A stretch of DNA of 32,122 nucleotides, filler included, from a bacterium (GTDB taxonomy: Bacteria > JAMOTN01), in NCBI GenBank assembly GCA_027062325.1. It is 2 parts of 2 records of this genome, joined end to end, with 100 filler letters (N's around TTAATTAATTAA, not from the genome) between each part and the next. Parts side by side here need not be neighbours in the genome. Positions count along the whole stretch, not along the records: positions 16,694 to 32,122 come from JAMOTN010000077.1; 1 more part is not named here. One strand, 5' to 3'. This document shows positions 26,910 to 32,122 of the stretch, in pieces (within the stretch, counting starts at the first letter, position 1; the number at the start of each line of letters is the position of its first letter). The notes beneath the pieces are model-generated. The model did not search any database and was not told where the DNA came from. It saw nothing but the letters and a program-made list of their open reading frames with translations. The position numbers and the translations under genes are program-made.

Positions 26910-28220
26910 CTAACTAACAACTGTCCCCAACATCTCAACAACCTCATCAAAACTGTAAGCCTCATCAAGGCGCTGCCTTATAAAATTCCACATATCAGTA
27001 ATTTTACTAACAGCCAAATCCAACTCTAGGTTTGCTCCCTTTCTATACGCCCCAACATTTATCAAATCCTCTGATTGCATATACGTAGCAAGAAGCCGCT
27101 TGAACTTATGAGCAAGTTCAAGATGTTCCTTGCTAACTATAGCCGGCATCAAACGACTAACACTTTCTAATACATCTATAGCAGGATAAATTCCTCTGGA
27201 GGCAAGATCCCTTTTTAAAACTATGTGTCCATCAAGTATTCCACGAACCGTATCCGAGATCGGCTCGTCAAAATCTTCTCCCTCAACTAGTACCGTATAA
27301 AATGCAGTAATAGTCCCTTTATTCGAAGTCCCTGCACGCTCCAAAAGTTTAGGAAGAAGTTTAAAAACGCTTGGAGGATAACCTCTAAGAGTTGGTGGTT
27401 CTCCCGCATCAAGACCAATCTCACGCTGAGCCATGGCAAAACGCGTAACCGAATCCATAACAAGCAGCACATCCTTTCCTAAATCTCTGAAAAACTCAGC
27501 AATTGCCGTTGCAACGTAAGCACTTTTTACCTTCATCATAGCTGGTTTATCTCCAGTAGCCACAACCACCACACTTCGTGCCAAGCCCTCAGGACCAAGT
27601 ATGTTATCAATAAACTCACGCACCTCTCTTCCACGCTCGCCAATCAAACAAACCACGTTAACATCAGCCGTTGAATAGCGAACCATCATACCAAGCAGTG
27701 TACTCTTTCCAACCCCGGATCCTGCAAAAATTCCAACGCGCTGCCCCTTTCCTATGGTTAGCAATCCATCTATCGCCTTGATTCCAACACTTAACACATC
27801 TTCAATCTTGGGTTTTTTTAATGGATCCGGAGGCTCTGCATATATATTGTAATAATCCTCTACAGGATAATCGTGCCCCTCAATTAACCTTCCCAAACCA
27901 TCCACAACACACCCCAACATCTTTTTTCCAACGGGCACAACAAAATTACGCCCTGTTGAAACTACACGACTATTCACAGCAATACCAGAAGCATCTTCAA
28001 TTGGAATCAAAATAACTCGATTATCCCTGAACCCAACAACCTCCGCCCATATAACCTTTCCATCTGGAGATATAACTTGACATAGGTCTCCCAATCGGCA
28101 ATCTGGACCTTCAGATCTTATACTCGATCCCAAAACCTCCTTCACTTTACCACAGTAAGCATAAAGTTTGGAACTATCAATGGATTCAATCACAGCCTTC
28201 ACTCTATTCAAAAGAGTCAT
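26910..28220 (-). CDS. fliI: Type III export ATPase FliI
   Basis: GQRVGIFAGSGVGKS, LIGERGREV, MDSVTRFAMAQREIGL, LDGHIVL. Confidence 0.95.
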   Translation of the reverse strand: MTLLNRVKAVIESIDSSKLYAYCGKVKEVLGSSIRSEGPDCRLGDLCQVISPDGKVIWAEVVGFRDNRVILIPIEDASGIAVNSRVVSTGRNFVVPVGKKMLGCVVDGLGRLIEGHDYPVEDYYNIYAEPPDPLKKPKIEDVLSVGIKAIDGLLTIGKGQRVGIFAGSGVGKSTLLGMMVRYSTADVNVVCLIGERGREVREFIDNILGPEGLARSVVVVATGDKPAMMKVKSAYVATAIAEFFRDLGKDVLLVMDSVTRFAMAQREIGLDAGEPPTLRGYPPSVFKLLPKLLERAGTSNKGTITAFYTVLVEGEDFDEPISDTVRGILDGHIVLKRDLASRGIYPAIDVLESVSRLMPAIVSKEHLELAHKFKRLLATYMQSEDLINVGAYRKGANLELDLAVSKITDMWNFIRQRLDEAYSFDEVVEMLGTVVS

Positions 28221-28965
28221 CTTTTCTCTCCCTCAACTTCTGCTCTATTAATGCAAATAACTTCTCTGCCCGTAGTTTGAAACTTGCATCAACAAATCCA
28301 TACTGTGTCTCAACAACTACTCCAGGTGGCATCCTCTGAACCTTAACTTCTAATGAATCCACACCCTTCAAAAGCTCTGTTGCAACTTTTAAAACCTCAC
28401 TTTTCTCCAATTCATCGTTCGAAATAATTATCCTAACCCACGGCTGATCAATAAGGTTTTCAAAATTCTCTTCAAGCACTTTCTGTACAGTGTCTAAATT
28501 TTCCGGAGTGTGAAGGCATATCACTTCTACTACCCGTTTTAAAATCTCAAACATCTCTCTCTCCATTCTAGCAACTTCTGCCCTCTGTTGATTCTTCAAT
28601 TCCTCCATAAAGTACTGCACCTGATTTTTAACCTCTTCAAGCTCAACTCTAACCTCATCTAATCCCTGTCTTATCCCCTCTTCACGAGCCTGTTTCAGAA
28701 CCTCTTCTCTTTTTTGCTGCAGCTGAGTTTCAAACTCTTGTCGTCTTTTTTCAAGCTCCTCCGCTAAGTTTTTTTCTGCCTGCTCTTTGTAATTCGCAAT
28801 TTCTGCCTCAAGCTGGGCTTTTTTCTTTTCCAAATCTGCAATCTGCCTTTCCAAAATTTTGAGTTTGTCTTCTAATGTATCTAATACCTTCTTTTTTTTG
28901 CTTTGTGCAGAGTAATCGACAACAACTTTTTTTTCCGTAAAACGCGGAGTCATGTGATGCAGCAT
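28204..28965 (-). CDS. fliH: Flagellar assembly protein FliH
   Basis: Coiled coil with AREEGIRQG (AxxxGxxxG); C-terminal GVVVETQYGFVDAS; located between fliG and fliI. ATG at 28965 follows AAGGAGG. Confidence 0.8.
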   Translation of the reverse strand: MLHHMTPRFTEKKVVVDYSAQSKKKKVLDTLEDKLKILERQIADLEKKKAQLEAEIANYKEQAEKNLAEELEKRRQEFETQLQQKREEVLKQAREEGIRQGLDEVRVELEEVKNQVQYFMEELKNQQRAEVARMEREMFEILKRVVEVICLHTPENLDTVQKVLEENFENLIDQPWVRIIISNDELEKSEVLKVATELLKGVDSLEVKVQRMPPGVVVETQYGFVDASFKLRAEKLFALIEQKLRERKDDSFE

Positions 28966-29029
28966 TTTTCCCTCCTTTTGGCAAAACAGTTTCTTAGCAA
29001 AAGTAAACAAAAGCAACCTTTAAGAAGCT

Positions 29030-30049
29030 CTACACTATTAACTCTTCTCCCTTTCCACCGCGAGAAATAACAATCTCTCCTTCTTCTTCCAAACGACGGA
29101 TGATATTAATAATCCTCTGCTGTGCATCCTGAACATCTTTCAAACGCACAGGTCCCATGTATTCCATCTCCTCAAGCAATCTCTTCTGCATTCTCTTAGG
29201 CATGTTGTTCAAGAACTTCTCCTTAACACGCTCATCTTCAACTTTCTTAAGAGCAAGTGCAAGATCTTCAAGCTTTATTTCACGCAGCGCACGTTGTAAG
29301 CCACGATCGTCCACGTAGATGATATCTTCGAAGACAAACATGCGCTTTCTTATCTCCTGTGCTACTTCTGGATCCGTCTGTTCCAACTTCTCCATTATCA
29401 ATTTTTCCACACTTCTATCAACGTTGTTTAGAAGCTGAGCAGCAGCATCAAAGCCACCAACCATGGTGTAGTCAGCATTTATAACCTCCGACAATTTCTC
29501 CTGTAACACCTCCTCAATTTCCTTAAGAATTTCCGGATTAGTTCTATCCATAACTGCAAGACGCTTAACAACCTCAACTTGCTTAGCAGAATCAAGGGCT
29601 GCAAGAAGAGTTGCCGCCTTTTCAATTGGCAGGTACGCAAGAATTATGGCAATAACCTGGGGATTCTCATTCTGTATGAAGTTTATCAACTGACTTGGAT
29701 CAACAGCCTGAATGAACTTAAATGGTGTAGTAGGGACAGCGTTTGTAAGCTTCTCGACAATTTTCTTCGCAATCTCCGGACCGAATGCCTCTTCAAGTAG
29801 TTTCTGAGCATATTTTATACCACCAGAAGCAACATATTCCTTCGCTCTCAAAAGACTTTCAAACTCATCCAAGACAATTTTAGCTACACTCGAAGGAACC
29901 TGACGCATTTTAGCAATCTCCATCATTAATGCCTCAACTATCTGCTGATCCTCAATGTGCTTTATAATCTCAGAAGCAACTTTTTTTTCCAGCATAATCA
30001 AAATCGCAGCAGCTTTTTGTCTTCCTGTAAGTTTTTTTTGCGCACCCAT
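29030..30049 (-). CDS. fliG: Flagellar motor switch protein FliG
   Basis: LTGRQKAAAIL, GGIKYA, ENPQVIA (EHPQ-like), GG linker, MFVFEDI, GPVRLKDV. Confidence 0.95.
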   Translation of the reverse strand: MGAQKKLTGRQKAAAILIMLEKKVASEIIKHIEDQQIVEALMMEIAKMRQVPSSVAKIVLDEFESLLRAKEYVASGGIKYAQKLLEEAFGPEIAKKIVEKLTNAVPTTPFKFIQAVDPSQLINFIQNENPQVIAIILAYLPIEKAATLLAALDSAKQVEVVKRLAVMDRTNPEILKEIEEVLQEKLSEVINADYTMVGGFDAAAQLLNNVDRSVEKLIMEKLEQTDPEVAQEIRKRMFVFEDIIYVDDRGLQRALREIKLEDLALALKKVEDERVKEKFLNNMPKRMQKRLLEEMEYMGPVRLKDVQDAQQRIINIIRRLEEEGEIVISRGGKGEELIV

Positions 30050-30085
30050 ACCTATACCCCCCAAAACTTAATTTAAATCCTATTC

Positions 30086-30754
30086 TCAAAAGCCACCAAT
30101 GGCTTTCAAAGTGGAAAGATAGGCCTTTACATTCCCTACTTTTAAGTAATAATACGCCTTAAGCAGAAAGTAATCTCTCTCCGGAACAAAATCAAGGTAT
30201 TTCTTTCCTTTGTCTAACTGTCCCAGCATAAAATAATACTTCACCAGCACAGAAGCAAGTTTAGGATAAACACTGGCATTTTCAGAAGCGAATCCAACCA
30301 ATTCAGCCATAACTTTTCTCCACTCAAACGGCAAACTTAGCTCATCTCCAATTTCTGATAACGTCTCAAGTAATTTCGTTGACGCTACACACCTCACTAA
30401 TAAACTCTTACCCGTATAAAACAAATCCCGCCAAATAGCAATGGCTTTTATGATATACGTTTTTTCCTTCGTTTTGGAAAACATCAGCCAAGCTCTTTCT
30501 GCTTCAATGAGTCTTCTCTGATCCTCATCCAATTTGGAAACAATATCATTCGGAATAGTTTCAAATTTCCTAAAATTCTCACCAGTGTATGCTCCCAATA
30601 TCAACTTTGACTCATCTATCCCTAGAAGATAAACATCCTCTAGTTTCAATCTCCCAGTTAAAATTTTACTTTTTAAAGAAGTCAAATCACTTGCTTCAAC
30701 AACTTTCACAAAGAAACACACTGCACAAATTAAAACAACAAACCTATTCACCAC
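30086..30754 (-). CDS. Hypothetical exported helical/TPR-like protein
   Basis: Signal peptide ending VEA; helical C-terminus (YYFMLGQLDKGKKYL). Confidence 0.55.
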   Translation of the reverse strand: MVNRFVVLICAVCFFVKVVEASDLTSLKSKILTGRLKLEDVYLLGIDESKLILGAYTGENFRKFETIPNDIVSKLDEDQRRLIEAERAWLMFSKTKEKTYIIKAIAIWRDLFYTGKSLLVRCVASTKLLETLSEIGDELSLPFEWRKVMAELVGFASENASVYPKLASVLVKYYFMLGQLDKGKKYLDFVPERDYFLLKAYYYLKVGNVKAYLSTLKAIGGF

Positions 30755-30761
30755 TTAAAAC

Positions 30762-31517
30762 TCACTCCCCGGACACTTTCTTAATAATCTCTCTAGCCTT
30801 TTCTACAAAAGGACAATCAGGCCACATCTCTTTCATCTTTCCCCATACCAACCTCGCTCTTGCATAATCTCCGCTTTTCCAAAGGACTACACCCTTTCTC
30901 CACAACCCAAGAGCTTCCCATTTCCCGGTTAGTCGATCGTAAGAATCTGCTGCCTTTTCAAACATTCCTTTTTCTTCGTAATAAGCTCCTTTTAAATAGT
31001 AAAAAAGTTGCTTGTAATAGGCATTGCTACTCCTAGTAATTCTCTTCTGGGCAACCTTCAACCACTTCCCAGCTACATCAACATTTCCAAGTTTCAGAAA
31101 ACCAAGAGCTTTTTTCACACAGTAGGAAAAGCTGTAGTTCTTCCTACTTACTCCTTTCAGTACACCCAAGCGCTTGCCAGTAGAAACTTTACCCTTACTC
31201 TTACTTCTATCTTTAAACTCATAATTTGAAGAAAACAAACTTACCATTTTTAAACTTCCCGAACCTTTTTCTCTCCTAACAGTTATCTTATTTTTTACAC
31301 GCACAAAAAATTCACCATCTATTCCTGGAACTTTAAGAATATCGTAAATTGTACTGAAACCTCCAATCTTTTCACGATACTTTATGAGTTTGACTGCCAA
31401 CTTCCTTGAAAAACCTATCTGCACCAGTTCATCTACGCTTGCCACATTTATATCCACGACCTCAGCCATAATAAACTGAATAACTACAACAACAAATAGT
31501 ACAAAAGCTCTAACCAT
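30762..31517 (-). CDS. ComEA-like helix-hairpin-helix DNA-binding protein fused to TPR repeats
   Basis: VDINVASVDEL...IKYREKIGGFSTIYDILKVPGI; C-terminal TPRs (YYLKGAYYEEKGMFEKA, GDYARA...WPDCPFVEKA). Confidence 0.8.
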   Translation of the reverse strand: MVRAFVLFVVVVIQFIMAEVVDINVASVDELVQIGFSRKLAVKLIKYREKIGGFSTIYDILKVPGIDGEFFVRVKNKITVRREKGSGSLKMVSLFSSNYEFKDRSKSKGKVSTGKRLGVLKGVSRKNYSFSYCVKKALGFLKLGNVDVAGKWLKVAQKRITRSSNAYYKQLFYYLKGAYYEEKGMFEKAADSYDRLTGKWEALGLWRKGVVLWKSGDYARARLVWGKMKEMWPDCPFVEKAREIIKKVSGE

Positions 31518-31613
31518 GCAACCCACTCCAAACTTCAAATTCTAACCTGCCCCTTATTTAATTTTAACACCAATTGCCCACCTTCAAACATTCCCCCTAA
31601 ACCCTCTCAATTT

Positions 31614-31622
31614 TGATAAAAT
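31614..31622 (+). promoter_or_regulatory. Extended -10 element
   Basis: TGATAAAAT upstream of the GGGGGGAG RBS and ATG at 31659. Confidence 0.45.
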
Positions 31623-31658
31623 GTTTGAGATAAAGACTCTTTAAGGGGGGAGCAAAAT

Positions 31659-32122
31659 ATGACAAAGAAATTAATTGCTGCTATGTTAGTTGTGCTTTTT
31701 TCACTTTTCATCACATCTTGTTCTTCTCAACAATCACAAAACATGCAAGGAAAAACCGTAGTAGTTTTTTGGCACGCCATGGGAGGTCCTCTTGGCAAAA
31801 CTCTAAAGGAACTTGTAAAACGTTTTAATGACACTCATCCAAAAATATATGTAAAGCTTGAAAATGTTGGTAATTACTCAGTTTTACAGCAAAAGATAGT
31901 AGCTTCTGTTCAAGCTGGAAATCCACCTGACATAGCACAAGCTTATGAATCGTGGACCGTCAACATGGCAGAAGGTGGCCGAATAGTTCCTCTCCAACAG
32001 TTCATTGATGAAGAGAAAGATTTTAACCTTAACGACATCTTTGACGTCTATATAGAAGATGTAACCTATAAAGGGAAAATTCAAGCACTACCATTTAACA
32101 AGTCTCTTCCTGTGCTTTATTG
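31659..32122 (+). CDS. ABC transporter substrate-binding lipoprotein (UgpB/sugar-type), 3'-truncated; absent from the ORF track
   Basis: Manual translation gives MTKKLIAAMLVVLFSLFITSC...VFWHAMGGPLGKTLKELVKRFNDTHP...AGNPPDIAQ...ALPFNKSLPVLY, open to the window end. Confidence 0.9.
   Translation, partial: MTKKLIAAMLVVLFSLFITSCSSQQSQNMQGKTVVVFWHAMGGPLGKTLKELVKRFNDTHPKIYVKLENVGNYSVLQQKIVASVQAGNPPDIAQAYESWTVNMAEGGRIVPLQQFIDEEKDFNLNDIFDVYIEDVTYKGKIQALPFNKSLPVLY

Noticed and set aside
26910..28220. Non-flagellar T3SS ATPase (SctN) or F1 beta subunit
   Set aside because: The neighbouring full-length FliG and FlbB-like genes indicate flagellar ancestry.
1958..31229. Numerous short antisense or overlapping ORFs in the track (e.g. 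1958-2248, 4473-4838, 10447-11013, 22417-22728, 25056-25298)
   Set aside because: They are shadows of well-supported genes and have no motifs or RBS.
453..31517. One competence/pilus locus uniting the pilins (left) with comEA and the PilHI-like ABC (right)
   Set aside because: They are on different contigs, so linkage is not established.
31884..32084. 66-aa minus-strand ORF
   Set aside because: It is antisense to the clear SBP gene starting at 31659.

Overview
The window joins two unrelated contigs with an artificial 100-nt linker (44 N + TTAATTAATTAA + 44 N, 16594-16693). The + strand is visibly G-rich to the left of the linker and C-rich to the right, so adjacency across it means nothing. 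The sequence is low-GC bacterial DNA with divergent proteins, possibly from a poorly characterised lineage (inference). The left contig carries, in order: truncated trmL, four tandem prepilin-like genes, an AddB/Cas4-like Fe-S PD-(D/E)XK nuclease, an HD-tilS-mtnA operon, a minimal microcompartment locus (BMC-H, BMC-P, acylating aldehyde dehydrogenase), a large lipoprotein and a Csx1/TM1812-like CARF-HEPN gene. It ends in an AT-rich leader-like tract and one CRISPR-repeat-like 39-mer at the contig break. The right contig carries a PilH/PilI/PilG-like ABC module, nadK, a sugar ABC transporter, an 811-aa membrane/coiled-coil protein, a comEA-TPR-led fliG-fliH-fliI-fliJ-flbB-like operon with no fliF, and a truncated solute-binding lipoprotein. 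All calls come from reading motifs by eye; no searches were run.
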